A stretch of 64,000 bases of DNA from the human T2T-CHM13v2.0 reference genome, Homo sapiens (GCF_009914755.1 NC_060927.1), one strand, 5' to 3'; positions 26,055-40,775 are shown, numbered from the stretch's first letter. Notes: generated by a model not told the origin, from the sequence alone. Translations and numbers: made by a program.

Positions 26055-29000
26055 CTGGAATTTGACCAGAGGACAGAAGTTAGAATTAAATATACAACAA
26101 TTAGACATTACTCCTAACAGTCACAGTTATGCTCTCACTGGGTCTGAGAATCTGAAATACAGGCTGAGAAACAAATGAAATTTATTTATGGTAGTCTTGA
26201 GTTCACTCTTGAAGAATAGAGTATTTGCATTCTGAAAATAAGAATTCAAAATCCAGGTAAAGCAATTTGCTTGGAATTCTTGCTCTAAAATAATGTTATA
26301 GAAATAATTCATAAGAGGGAAGTCTAGATATAATACTTCCTTCACAAAAAGGACTATGGTGTTACCTCAAAGCATGCCACATAACAGGTTTGGGTTAACT
26401 AGTTATACCTCATGCACTTATCTCTGTATAATATATCCTTCACATATAGGTAAAGAGGAAACAAAAATATGTTTTGTCATTTAAATAACAATCTAGAAAT
26501 ATTTTCTCAAGTAAGTACCACTTTCATTATCATTTGTACCTTATCCTAATTTATGACCTTCACTTGAAAAGTACATTTAAAATATTTTTATTGTTCACTC
26601 GGGACATATCAAATTTCTCAAGACTGTATTACCAATCTATTGCAATGCTGCTGAAATGTATTACGCTGCTTGACTTGACTATCACTGGGCTTGTCTCCAC
26701 TTTTGTTAAGAAAACAATTCTCATTGAAATTATGAGCTTGCTGGCGAATTTCCTGCCATATAACCAATATTTTAGCTCTCAGTCTAAACCAGGTGCTTTA
26801 GCAGGTAACAATGCTAGTATCTACCTGAAACTCAAATGTTTTTACTGTCTACCAAATTTTCACATCCAAATTACTCAATAAACTTACCCATTAAGGGTAA
26901 AGAAACCAATAGGAAAGGTAATCAATTAAGTAGCTGAGATGAGAGAATATAAAAATATGGAAGCTTTCTTGAGAGACAGTAAAATTTTAAGATGAATTTA
27001 AGAATACACATAAAAACTGACAGCTTAAGTTTTTCTATTTTATTCAAATCAGCATTCTAAGGGAAAACACAAAGAAAAAGATAATGAAAAATGAAAATAG
27101 TTACATTACACTTTTGGATGCCACAATTTTGCTAGTTCAATTATCCTTTCTACTTGCAAATGTATCATCCTCTTGTTTATGTAAGATTATGATGTCTTAC
27201 AACCCCAGCACAAAGCACAAAGCATTATAGGTACTGAATACATAATATTTGTCAATAAGGACTGAATTAGTGAATACACAATAAACAAAAATATAATCTG
27301 CTATAGAAGAGCTATCTGTAAGAGTAATACAAACATTTTTTCCTGTGTACAGCTGTGTGTCCATTTTTTCTCTTGCTTATTTCTTTTCTCATGTCCTCTG
27401 TTACTTGTATCTTTACTGTTTCCTATATAACAACTAGCTTTTCAATTTCTATTTTAATAATTTCTCAGACTTTGAAAAATTGACATTTCAATACCCTCTA
27501 CGAAATTATTATGCTTTTGCACATTTATCTTATAAAAGAAACTATAGTTGAAATGGGATTACTCACCATAGAAAAGCCCCTTTTCTTTTCCCAGAGGTAG
27601 CTCTCAACAAAACTGGGCAGACAAAACTGACTAATCTTGCATCTAGTTGTGACTTCATCCTTCTTTTTATGAAAGAACTAATGTTCTTCTCTCTTCAGTC
27701 TTACTTACAAGAACACAGGAAAGAAAAGAAGAGAGAGAAAGATAGGGTGGGACTTACTTAGATTCAGAAAACAAGAGCAATGAGAAGTAATGAGAACTAT
27801 AAGAGCTACATTTGGGAATAGAAACAAGGAGTTCTCCATGAGGAAAATATGTAGCACATTCCTGTTCCTCTGTATTGTGAGATTCCTCTTCAAATATCCT
27901 CTTGTAGGTGAACAGTAAATGTATTAGCAAAATAATATAGAACAAAAAGTGTTTTGGGAATTAGCACGATCAAATAGGAATGCATTTTAGATCACAACTT
28001 TCTTAAGCTAACCACAAAAAAAGTATAGTTACATCAGTATAGAAATTTAAAAAAAAGTGACTTAGAAAAATTGGAAGCAAGTATGCTTCCAGAATCTCAT
28101 TACAGAAAAATATATTTTAAAAACAATTTTAAGTGCTCAAGGTATACTGAGATAAAGTTCTGAGTTTCTGACATTAACATCTACTTTGGTAAAATGCCTG
28201 GATCCCGGGGATGTGTACAAAACATACACCAACTGACACAGCCAGTCAGCTGAGCTAGCTTCACCTCACCAGAAGCAAGTGTAGTGCAGCTCTCAGCACA
28301 GGCAAGGACCTCTGCACATGGGTCCCAACTGATCTTTCAAGTGTCTGGCATCACTTCTCCAGCTAAACTCAAAATAAAACACCCTGCACAAAAATTGACC
28401 ACAGTAAGGTTGGTGAAAAGGTATCACCTGCCACTCAATACTACAGAATAAACAAGTCCCAATACTGATATTACAAAAACCAGTAAATAGTCATGTTTTA
28501 AAAAATGATTCCTAGTTTATATGCCTACAGAAAAATCAAATCTACTGTGGATTCACCCTTCAATAAACAGAGGACAAACTGATCTCTGCAAAAGGCAGTT
28601 CACCATAGCAAGGAAAGGTTAAAGAAGATAACCCGCAGTAAATTGAAAATAAGAATTATTCCTGTAGATAACTTTTTAATGCAGAGAAAATTAGAAGGCG
28701 GTAATTTTTCATTCTGTTAACAGCTCTGAGATTCTGGTCTACTGCATACAAGCTCTAACATAGTCTGAACAGGATGGTTAACAAGACGATATACAAAGAG
28801 AAGAGAAAACTGGAGGAGTAAATATAAATGCCCTGGTTAAAGAGGGAAGGAAGCCTATCTCAACTGGAAAGAAACAAAATACAAAAGAGATTACAAAATT
28901 TACAAGCTTGTTCATCCTATGAGAAAAGCTTGGGAGTAGACTACTCAGGGAAAACAAACAGCGCTTAATGAGAGCTAAAAGAAGCTCAAAACGAAATTTA

Positions 29001-31148
29001 CAAAGTCCAGAGAAGCAGAAAGAAATGAACACTAAGGCATTTTCTGGTATGAGATTACCTTAAACTATAGGCATTATGCAGAGAAAACTGTGAGAAAGGT
29101 GATACAACTAATCACACAAATAAGCTTATTATTTGGCCTGTCAAAGCAGTTTGGAAACACTCCCATTTCATAAGTAAAGAAGAGAGTCATATTAACCAGA
29201 CTCTAAAATAGTAGTAAGCAATTCTAAATTATATAATAGCTGTGTCCTTTTTATGATATATAATGTTTTCTAAATACCTGGCAACAAAATTAAGTGTCTA
29301 GATGAACTCTATAAGACAAGCATTTTAAGTTATGAGGAATATTAAGTTTTATGTTTTTTTAACTCAAATGATGCAAGAATGAGGCAAAGGAATTTGCCTT
29401 TGTTCTGGTAAAGTAGCCACATGGCAAAGGATGCTGGGGAAAATTAGCCTAAATAAAAAAAGAAGTGAAAGAAGAATCAGCAGTATCCATATTTGTTAAT
29501 TATTTGGGCAACTACTTTTCTCAGGATATAAACCAACTCTCTTCTGCAAAGGAAAAGAAAAATTTCCCCCAAATGAAAAATCAGGCTCACAAACAGATCA
29601 TGTGCCCTACCTGGAAGAGTGACACTACTTCTGAAGATGACAGAATCAAAGCCCAGCCCCAGGTATCCACATAGACTCCAAAGTTAATTCTCAAGATAGC
29701 TATACTGGTCTAAAAACTAAAACTGGTTTCATTAGATACTAAAACCACAACCAATGAAGACCCACTGTCTTCTAAATACACCCAGTTTAAAACAGATTCT
29801 AAATCCACATGGTCAGCAATTAACTCACATCTAAGTTTTCGTGGGCACATGCACATGTTTAAAAATCTTCCCATGAAGTATCTCCACTTTAAACAATTCC
29901 ATCTTTCTTTAAAAGTGGCCATATTTTTTTAAAACTTAGCATTTCTAAAACAAGCTATTGATAAACTAATTTAACAAAATCTCACAGAATTCTGTATATG
30001 AGGTAAAGTGGGTGACGGATTCTTTACAACTATCATTCCTAAATATATTTTCTTGTATAGCATGTTAGCTCTAAGTATGCTTCCAAGACTTTAGTTGCCA
30101 TCAGAGAAAGACTAATTAGCAACAACAGCTGATTAATTAGCTTATTAAACTGTAAAAAGTTAGTAGACAAGTTCAAATAGGATGTATTCTTCTAGAAAGC
30201 TTGTATCAAGAGAAATGATATGATTCGCAATAAAACCAAAAGGAAATAAATTTTTTGTTTTAGTCTCCTCATTTTCCATATGCGTAAGGTCAAAGTGAAT
30301 GACAAGATTTACTGATTTAAAAAAGTATATATATACATATATGTATAGTCTTAACATATATAACTAGTGTGGGTCTCATCATGAGCAAAGGTGCAGCTGT
30401 CTTTAGTAGCCAGCCCCTTGGAGAAGGTGGATATAAAAGATTATTGTTGTTTTAAGGAAAAAAGATAGAGACTTAAGGTGATGGAAAGAGTATCAAAATG
30501 AGAGAACAGGAAAACATAAATAAGAAAGTTACCCTCAATATTAGAATGAATATAATTGAATTTCAGCTCTCTATTTGAAAAATAAAATTTCAGAAAGGCT
30601 CTTGATGTTTATTTATTGAAAAGAATCAAAGAATGTACCTTCTTTTAAAAGGACTAGCTTGATTTTTTCAAAGAAACCAAATTTTTACATTTTAAAAGGT
30701 TTTGATTAGCTTTCAAAAATGTAAAAAAAAGAAAAAAGTCTCTCTTACTTCATTTTTTAAAAGGTTAAATTAGGAAATAAGGAGGAATAGAATAGAAAAA
30801 TAGAAGAGCAGAAAGGAAGAAGTGTCTGATTCAATCTCTCTACTGACCTCTCGAGAGAAATCAGACTGAAGAGAAGAAAGCACCTTTAATATCTTCACCG
30901 GCTGAGGTGTCACAGCAGAAGCAGGACTAGTCAGTTTTTATCGACTTGGGGGGTATGAGAAAATACCCAGTAGTGCTGAGGGAATAAGCAAGAGGAAACA
31001 GATCATATTTCAATAACAAATGTCATTTTATTTATACATATACACAGTACTTCTCTAGCCCTTTTGTGCAAAAGGTGTGGATGTATCTAACATTGCTGTG
31101 TGTGAATGCACAAGAAAAATATTAAGGCCAAAGTGATGAATTACATAC

Positions 31149-31380
31149 CAGGCAAAGAATGGATGAAGGCCCAGACATCATCAACTGTCCATATAGATGG
31201 CTCTGTTTGTGCAACTGGTAGCAAGTCACTGTTCTCAGGCATTTTCCGAATTCTCACATCCCGAAGCTCACGTTCTCTTTCCCGCTCGCTCTGCCTGCGC
31301 AGACGAGTTGTCATAGCAGATGGCACAGAATCTTCATGAGAAGCCAAGTCTTCTTCTGCAGATGGATAAGTAATTGGAAG
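31149..31380 (-). CDS. PHC3: PHC3 coding exon (linker and SAM N-terminal half)
   Basis: LPITYPSAEED...SERERERELR...PSIWTVDDVWAFIHSLP; ccag| acceptor, G|GTATGT donor; 232 nt, phases match neighbours. Confidence 0.96.
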
Positions 31381-31471
31381 CTGGAAAATGTAGTACAAGC
31401 AAAATACAGCATTGCACTTTCCTTGCATTTCTGAAAAGGGTATTTTACATTGAAGCAAGGTTTATACAGAC

Positions 31472-31604
31472 CTGCCTAAGGATATGTTCTCTCGCTGCCC
31501 CATCAGGGCCACTTGGACGACGGCCACGATGCCCAAGACTTTGATTATCAGGCTTACGATTCCAACGACTAAGTGCAAATTTTTTAGAACAGCTAACATT
31601 GTAC
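31472..31604 (-). CDS. PHC3: PHC3 coding exon (after FCS finger)
   Basis: YNVSCSKKFALSRWNRKPDNQSLGHRGRRPSGPDGAAREHILRQ; ttag| and CAG|GTCTGT; 133 nt. Confidence 0.95.
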
Positions 31605-32309
31605 CTAAGAAATTCAAGAAAGAAAAAATATTTAATGATATATGGGACAATCCATTTAGTATTTAATTGTGACTTTAAAGTGCAACTGTGAATCAGTAAG
31701 TACCACAATACATCATTAATGAATGTAAGACCTCATAAAGTAACTACACTGTTCAATGGATTTACTTATGCTAAAGGTCAAAAAACAGGCTCTGTGTATA
31801 CCATAATATATCTCTCAATATAATACTGGACATCTATAACAAGGTATTGTATTTTTTCCTGATTACAGCATGACAGTGGGAAACTGCCTGCAAAATACAG
31901 AGGATAACCAATTTTCATAGCAGTAAAAAAAATGGAAGGTTCCGAAAGAAAAAGAAGTTATGTAGTATCTAAATGTTTATTCAATCTGATTTTTCTAAGT
32001 AATAACTTCCAAAGAGACATTAATTTTTAAAAGTTTAATATACTAGGGAGAGGATCTCAAGCAGCTAACAAAAGATTTTTCAAATATTATTAAAATCAAA
32101 GAATGAAAATGTAAAGTGGAGATTTTAAAGTTACACAAGGAATTCATTGCTCTCACTATTCAGAAAATTTAGAAGTATATAACTCTTTAATGAAAGATTT
32201 TCTTTTATCACAATAGACTGCCTAGTATTTTTGAACATAGACCTTTATAAGACATGATGACAGCTTAAAAGAATCCTATGTCTTTTAATGGATCCTAAAG
32301 CCCTGGAAC

Positions 32310-32985
<676 letters not shown>

Positions 32986-33114
32986 TCCCTAGAAAGAAGA
33001 GTGAGAAGAAATGATCTAAGAAACAAATTTCTGAAAAGCTATGCAAAGCTAGGAAAAATATATGCAGTTTCATTTTTACATACATGAAACGCCTTGGTAA
33101 CCTATTTTCAAAAA

Positions 33115-33240
33115 TCTGTTTTGTAGAGATGGGGGTCTCACTATGTTGCCCAGGTGGGTCTCAAATTCCTGGGCTCAAGCAATCTTCCCACCTCAGCCTC
33201 CCAAAGTGCTGGGATTACAAGCATGTGCCACCACACCTAC
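33115..33240 (-). mobile_element. Alu left monomer/FLAM
   Basis: GTAGAGATGGGGGTCTCAC...CCCAAAGTGCTGGGATTACA. Confidence 0.85.
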
Positions 33241-34184
33241 CCTTCAAAATTCCTTTGCTCCAAGAAAGTTACAAGAATAAATCCCAATTAACTTTGCTAT
33301 TGCTAACTATTCTAGAACCAGTATGCTGACACCAAAACAAATTCTCCTCACCTACATTTTATAAAGATATCAAGAGGTGGAAATAAAAAGTACTATGATA
33401 ATGAATATGCTATTTTTCCCATAAAAATATAAGTATCTTGATAGCCAATTCATTTTACCCTAAAACAATTCGAGATCCTGCTGTGTTCATAATGTGCTCA
33501 TTTGTGGGCTCAGCAATGTAGGTTTCTGATTTCCATTTATATCAACTGATAAAACTTCTTTATCCGTTAAGAAAAGAATAGAAAAGAGGCTAGCTTTATA
33601 CTTGATATTTTGTCCCTAAATATTTAGCTTTCCAAGACAGCTAGGCAGACATGTAAATGGCAATGGTTCTTCCCTGACCTAATCTACCCTCTCTCATCCA
33701 CATTTCCCTGTTAGGGCCCCTACCCTGCTAAAGAGGTTCATCGAAAGGATACTAATGTGACAGCTCAGCAATCATCTCTGAGAGAAGACTGATGGCAGCA
33801 TTAAGTGTTCTCAAATATTTTTAAATAGTCAAGAAGTTTAAAATATTCTGAAAGGGAGTCCTTTCCCCAAATTTTTAGAGTTTTTAAATCACTTAGAATC
33901 AGATAACCATTGTTCTTTCTTGTGGTATATGCAAACTAGAAAACTCAAGTTAAAACATGAGTTACATAATTTGATTACTGATTTATCAGTAACATCAAAG
34001 CATATTTGAAAAACAGATTGACAACCAAAACAATGAGCCCAATTTTGGAGGAAAACACTTCTATTATTTAACTTAAGTTTTACTAAGTATATTTTGGAAA
34101 TAACCTATACGAAATAAAATATTCAAGTAAGAAATTCCCTAGATGTATGCAATTATATTAATTTTTTTCATGAGGTTAAGGTTA

Positions 34185-34390
34185 TTTATTTTTTATGGAT
34201 GCATAATAGATGTACATAGTTTTAGGGTATGTGTGATAATTTAATACATTCATATAATCTGTAACGATCAAATCAGTGTACTTGGGATATCCACATCTTA
34301 AACATTTGTCTTTTCTTCATGCTAGAACCATTCCAATTCTCTTCTACCTATTTTGAAATACAGTACAAGCTATAGTCATCCTACTGAAGA
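34185..34390 (-). mobile_element. L1MA-type 3' end fragment
   Basis: CATAATAGATGTACATAGTTTTAGGGTA...GATCAAATCAGTGTA..TGGGATATCC. Confidence 0.65.
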
Positions 34391-34599
34391 TCTTAAATCC
34401 TTTGAAAGAATAATTACCTTTTTGAACAGAGAACCAATTTCAAAATAGTGTGCACACACTTCAACTTTAGTGGTAAGTATCTGTATTACTAGGATTTATT
34501 ACTGGAATTAGGGTGGGGTTCTTTAACATAAACCAAACTTGGGAATTATACGATTAATGAAGAGACTAAACATTTATTTTGTTATTAATACTATTTATC

Positions 34600-34917
<318 letters not shown>

Positions 34918-35501
34918 TTATCTGAAATAATGACTATTGAAAATACTAATTCAGAAAAGACAAGTATTTTGCTGTCTGATAATGTTAACAGTGTGGGGAA
35001 TTTATACTACAGCTGTCCCATAAGAAATCTAAAATAAATAGGATGATTCAAACAAATGAAAACATTTTAAAACAACACAAAGTAAATCAAAGTATTTCAA
35101 TAATGATAAAACAGCTGATAAAACAAATACTGTTTTTGATACTTTAAGGACTAGTATTATATAATCATGATGAAATCGTGATGACTTCATTGAAGGGATT
35201 CTCCTAAATATATTCTTACCATCAGGAGATTACTACTTTAATATTAGATTATACTGTACAATTGATTTTAAGTATTATGAATATGTAATTTTCGCAAAGC
35301 AAAATCTAATAACTAAATACTAGGTGGCTCCAGATACTGCCTATTTGTATTATTCTTCTATATAATAATATCTAGGTTTCTTCTATAATATTACATATTA
35401 AAATATCTATAGTTATCCTTGGTAAGCTATTCAAGGGTTTTTTGGTTTAGTTGCAATGGCTATTTATCTGTCCTTTGGGAAATTCAAGAGCACAGAAATA
35501 C

Positions 35502-35616
35502 CTTTTGGCACATGACATAGTGCAGAATCGTTTTGACCGCAAAAATTCATTAGCATATCCCATTTTCCCACAGAATTCACACTTGAGCAACTCACTGTCC
35601 ATTTCTTCTAATGTCT
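35502..35616 (-). CDS. PHC3: PHC3 coding exon: FCS-type zinc finger
   Basis: (E)TLEEMDSELLKCEFCGKMGYANEFLRSKRFCTMSCAK(R); ttttag| and AG|GTATTT; 115 nt. Confidence 0.96.
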
Positions 35617-36169
35617 CTAAAAAAGAAGGAAACAAAGGAAAAAAAGGTTCCAAAAATTTAATTATGCAAATTTTCTTTAAGTCTATACTTTGGTTGGATA
35701 CTGCTAGCAAACCAATGGCCCTTTAACTTTTCAATCCACAGCCACTCTGGCAGGGCAAAAGCCTTCAAAACACAACCACTGCTACTAATTCCCTCTTGCT
35801 TCTGCATAAAAATTACAAGGAGTTTCTTTCTATATAAATAAGCATAACATTTTAAAAGGTTCATCTTGCTTACAATCCATCTAAAATGTAAAAAAAAATT
35901 ATTTATAAACACTGGGAGAGAAATGAAGATGAATAACATAGGCATTATCCTCCAGGAGGAACACTTTCAAAAAGCTGAGGGTGGGATATGAATTTTGATA
36001 AATTGCACTGTGGAGATACATAGCAGGGAACTCTTAATTCTAACTGGAGAGAATAAAGATGGCTTCAAAATGGTGAAATTGTGATACGTCTGATTTTACA
36101 GGAGCATGCAAAATAATTAACTCTCTCGAAGATCTGCAGTATATGATAAAATATATAAAGATGCATATA

Positions 36170-36250
36170 TCAGGAGGCTGAGGCAGAAGAATCGTTTGAG
36201 ACAAGGAGTTTGAGACCAGTGTGGGCAGCATAGCAAGACCCCATCTCATT
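36170..36250 (+). mobile_element. Alu fragment
   Basis: CAGGAGGCTGAGGCAG...GAGTTTGAGACCAG...GCAAGACCCCATCTC. Confidence 0.75.
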
Positions 36251-36539
36251 CATACATATATATACATACATAAAATTCTTTAAAAAGATGCATATATCTA
36301 ATTATAAAACAGTTCCTTTTAGTTATATTGCATTAAAATAAAAACTAGGCTTAAAAATCAGTTTCATAATTCCCAACCACTGATGCTTTTTTTCATCATG
36401 CTTTTCTTTAACTTAATGGGTGCTCCCTACTAAGTTAGAATGTCCTTCTTCCACCCTACATATGTAACTATCTTCAGGCAGTAACACAAAGCGCAAAGAC
36501 CCTTCCATGCTAAATCCCCGGGTACTCGGCAGGAGTCAC

Positions 36540-36740
36540 CCATAAGCAAACAACTAAATCTTCATGACCCACAATTTTCTCATCTGTAAAATGGGGTTTA
36601 TAATACATTTCCCAAAGAATTGAAGTGGCAATTATATGTGTGCCCAAAAGGTAGTAGGCATTAAAAGTGATAGTTCCATTTCCTATTTTCCACATAAGAA
36701 CTAAAAGGGTAGTATGACATGTAATAGCGCTCAAGAAATA
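36540..36740 (+). mobile_element. MIR SINE fragment
   Basis: TTTTCTCATCTGTAAAATGGGG core. Confidence 0.6.
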
Positions 36741-37844
36741 CTTTGGTAAAACTTGTTAAATTCTTAAATCAACCACATTTTGCCATTTTCTTGCATCATC
36801 ATAATTCCTCTGCCAAGTCATATTAAAAAAAGCAACAAAAGCATTTTACTGAAAAGCATTTTACTAACTAAAGCTTTTAGCTGTGAACTCCATATGTGTG
36901 CTCTTTCTATGTTACTCATTTAATAAAGACTAAGATAAATACAAGGACTCAGAAATGTAGACATGGGTGGCATGTACTCAGTGAGCTCAGGTACTCACAT
37001 TACCTCAGTTTTACTGGGGAAGCAGATGGCAAAGTGCTAAATTAAGTGAAGTAGCAAGAACTACTAAAAAAACAAACTGTGAATTAATATTTGACATTGG
37101 TGGGGCATCCAAATACATTATCCTGAATAATGAAATCATGAACTGACACGTGACCAGTTTAAGGAAATTCTCAGGACTACCTTCATAAGCAAAAGTCATC
37201 AATTTAGTAGCAATGAGGAAGAAACAGTCTCAAAACAAGTAAATTAAAAATTGCCCCTTCCAATGACCTTCCAACGGCCCAGTCAGGAGATCCACCAACA
37301 CATTCCTGAGACCTGAAAACATAATTCCTAGAAGTACTGTTTTTATTTTGTCATGCTTATAATCTGATCTTACTATAATCTGATCTGACTGAGAAGCCTA
37401 TAGGGAGACAGAACTTCTCACTCAACCACCACTGCCATTAGTTCCAGCCCTGAAAGAGTCCATTCCTCAGGGTTATTCCAGGAACAGGATATGCTAAAAG
37501 CTTTGTTTCAAAGATCTTTTGTTAATTAACATAGCAATGTCCAACACCTGATATTAAGTCAGAATACCTTATGAAGGAGAAGGAAATGTTTTTGTTGGTG
37601 ACAGAGAGGAAATACCAAACAGAAATGGTTTACAGTTAACCGAACAAAAATAAGAGTAGTATAAGTTTTATTTCTCATAAAGAAGCGAGGGACATTAACA
37701 GATTCAAAAATTCTTGTTCTAATGTTCAGTCAGATTTTTAACAAATTTGGTAATATTACCAAGGTCACTCTTTTACATTTATGAATTAGAAAACTGCCAA
37801 AACACTTTTTTAAAACTGCTGATTTAGCTAATAAAAATGGGATT

Positions 37845-38258
37845 CTATGGCAGAGACAGCTGGTAATTCTCCAGCATCCACTCTTTGCTTTTCTCCCATA
37901 GTAACAAAACCCTACGAACATGGCCACCCAGATTAAAAACAAGTTTCTGCCCTAGGTGTGGCTGATTTGTAACCAATGGCATATGACTGTAAATGCTCAC
38001 AAATTCCAGATGGTGCTCTTTCCCCCATCTCATTGGTTAGAATGTGATCATGAAGATCAGCCATCTTGGAAATAAAAGTAACATTCTACAGATGACAGAG
38101 ACATAAGACCCTGGAGCTTGAGTGCCCAATACTAAGGAACTACCACATAAGCCCTGGACTGATCTTTGGGTTATGTCAGAGAAAATTAAATTCCTATCTT
38201 CTTTAATCAAATATTATTCTGGATCTCTACTGAAGTGGCCAAACCTGCTTCCTAATCT
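37845..38258 (+). mobile_element. old MaLR LTR (MLT1J-like)
   Basis: TGGCAGAGACAGCT...ACATGGCCACCCAG...CAGCCATCTTGG...CTGGAGC motifs. Confidence 0.5.
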
Positions 38259-39924
38259 AGATCCCCCATTTTCTGGCATGAGGGGAAGTTATTTTTTATT
38301 TCCCCCAAAGACCTGAAATCACATGAGGACAGCAGCAAAAAGAGGCAATGAGATGGAAATCATAATCAGTGTGAAGATATACCAAGGAAGACCATAAGCT
38401 ACTTTGATGAATCACAATCTACTGGTTGGAGACTCTCATTATAGAACCAGTCTAAAGAGAACCACAGTTTATCCTTTATATGCTTACCAGAGGTTTTTTA
38501 TGTTGAAACTATATATACTACTAAAACCAAAGCCACTAAATAAGTGACCTCACCATTTTACACTATAGTACTTCCTATAAACACTGAAGTACATAGTAAC
38601 AGAAACATGAAAATTATAAAATTACCTTGGGAAATTAAACTAGAAAGTATTTAAAATTTTAGCACATTTTATGTAAACATTTCTCCCCTATGAAATATAT
38701 TATCTCTACATCTTCCTTTCCTTACTCTGATATCATATCCTGCTGATATGATAACATCAGTCCTTTCCTTTGAGAACATCAGTCCTTTCCTTCCTCTTCC
38801 TGCCATGACTACAGGTGTCAATTACATGCAAAATTTATACATACATCCTACAGACGGCCATCAAAGTCTCCAAAAACACTCTTTTATTCGTAACACCTTC
38901 CTAAAAATCTTCAGTACTATCCACCCACCTTCAAACCATCCACCTAACTTCAAACTTGCTTGTCTAATATCCAAGGTTCTCCAGAAACTCACTCTGCCAG
39001 TCATACTTCCCACTACCCCTCTAATCCAACCCTCTACTCTTCACTGCCCTCTCTCGAAGTTACCTAGCACTTACACATTCTTAGTGCGTTTACTTAGTGT
39101 TCTAATCTGAAATGTTCTCGCTGTTTATCCTAAATCTATGCATTAAATCCACGACCCACTTCAAATCTCATTTTTATAGGAAACCCACCAAACTAGGAAT
39201 AATCTTAGCCAGTTTTAAAGTTCTAAATTCTGTCTATATAATTCAGTGTGACTATACCATCTGTAGCTCCTTCGTTACCTTTCTGTATGGAGATTCCCTA
39301 GATTCCTAGTTCCAAACTACATTAAAAGCTGCTGGAGGGAAAGCGGATTGTATTTTACTTCTTTATGTATGTAAATAATATATACATACATAACCTGTCA
39401 TGTTCTAGAATAGTCTAACATATACTATATGTCCATTATATTATAAACTGAGGATCACACTATATGTTGTAAAGTTTCCTAAGCAGATTTCCATGTTCTT
39501 CCTATTGTGTACACAGGGAGACACATTATAAATACTTTTTAGCCTAGAACTTTCATTTATATACATATTGTAGATATAGGCCAAGAAAAAAAGAATACCT
39601 GCACATTCTTTGTTACTTTTCACTTCACATGAGAATGCTCTCAGATAAAATAGTATGTGCAATTAAAAGACAGTATTTGAGAATTAAAGGAAATGAAATT
39701 CACAAAAACAAAAGGCACAATACAGACCTTATTTGGAACCTGATTTAACTAAATAACTATAAAATGACTTTAAAAAGTTAGGGAAATATGAATATTGGCC
39801 AGGTATTATATAACACCAAAGAATTATTATTTTGCTATGTGTGATATGGCATTATAAGGAAATGTGTATTATTTTGAGAGAGGCACACTGACGTATGTAC
39901 CGGTGACTACGATTTTCTTTAAAA

Positions 39925-40140
39925 CAAGAAGAAGGAAGGAAGGAAGGAAGGAAGGAAGGAAGGAAGGAAGGAAGGAACGAACGAACGAAAGAACAAAAGA
40001 ACGGAAAGGAAAGGGAAGGAAGGAAAAAGAAAGAAAGAGAGAGAAAGAAAGAGGAAGGAAGGAAGGAAGGAAGGAAAGAAGGAAGGAGAAAGAAAGGAAA
40101 GAGAAGAGAAGAGAGGAGAAGAGAGAAGAAAAAAGAAGGG
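39925..40140 (+). repeat. polypurine microsatellite block: (GGAA)11, (GAAC)n, (GGAA)6, (GAGAA)n
   Basis: 11 consecutive GGAA at 39934-39977 and 6 at 40053-40076, within an old L1-like segment. Confidence 0.95.
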
Positions 40141-40775
40141 TGGGGGTTAGGAATGGAGGAAGGAAACAAAATGAATGAAGCTACTGTGGCAAAATAATGT
40201 TGAAATTGGGTGATAATGTTGAGTCTGGGTGACTGGGGATTTATTATACGATTCTAATGAATGTTTGAAATTTTTCAAGGTTAACATTCTTTCAAATTAA
40301 AACCAATCAAACTGAACTCAGAATAAGTAGTAAAAATCAAATTTTAAACTAATATACTCCTTGCTGTTCAAATAAGAAGTAAAACGGTGATTCACATGTT
40401 GCAACAGTTTATAAAGAGCTAACAATGTCAGAGATGTCATCCTTTTAAGTTAGAAAATCTGTGGGCAAAGACAGTATCTAGTTTGCTTACCAGCATGCTA
40501 TTTCGCTTAATTTAGCGAAGTAAAGGCACACAGTATAGGCTCAATAAATATTTGTAAAGTGAATAAATTAATTTTAATGAAATATACTAATACATTGAGG
40601 ATAATTACTTAGACACAAGTGTTAATTCACTACTACAGGGCCTTGACTATTCTAAATGCTACTGCATTAAACTGAACTCTATCACCTGAAGGGCCATGAT
40701 CAAAAAGATGCTCCTATAGAACACGGCAATTCAGAATCTCAGCCCAAAAAACAGTAAAAACTTTGCTGCTTTTAA

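Noticed and set aside
28775-29065. Purine-rich, nearly open plus-strand frame in the last PHC3 intron
   Set aside because: Has an internal stop and no recognisable homology; explained by strand compositional bias
36837-38792. Short direct duplications (AAAAGCATTTTACT at ~36837, TATAATCTGATCT at ~37358, AACATCAGTCCTTTCCTT at 38753/38775)
   Set aside because: Only two copies each with no spacer array; ordinary slippage, not CRISPR-like
39852-40178. RKEG-repeat and FLPS-repeat ORFs
   Set aside because: Translations of the GGAA microsatellite
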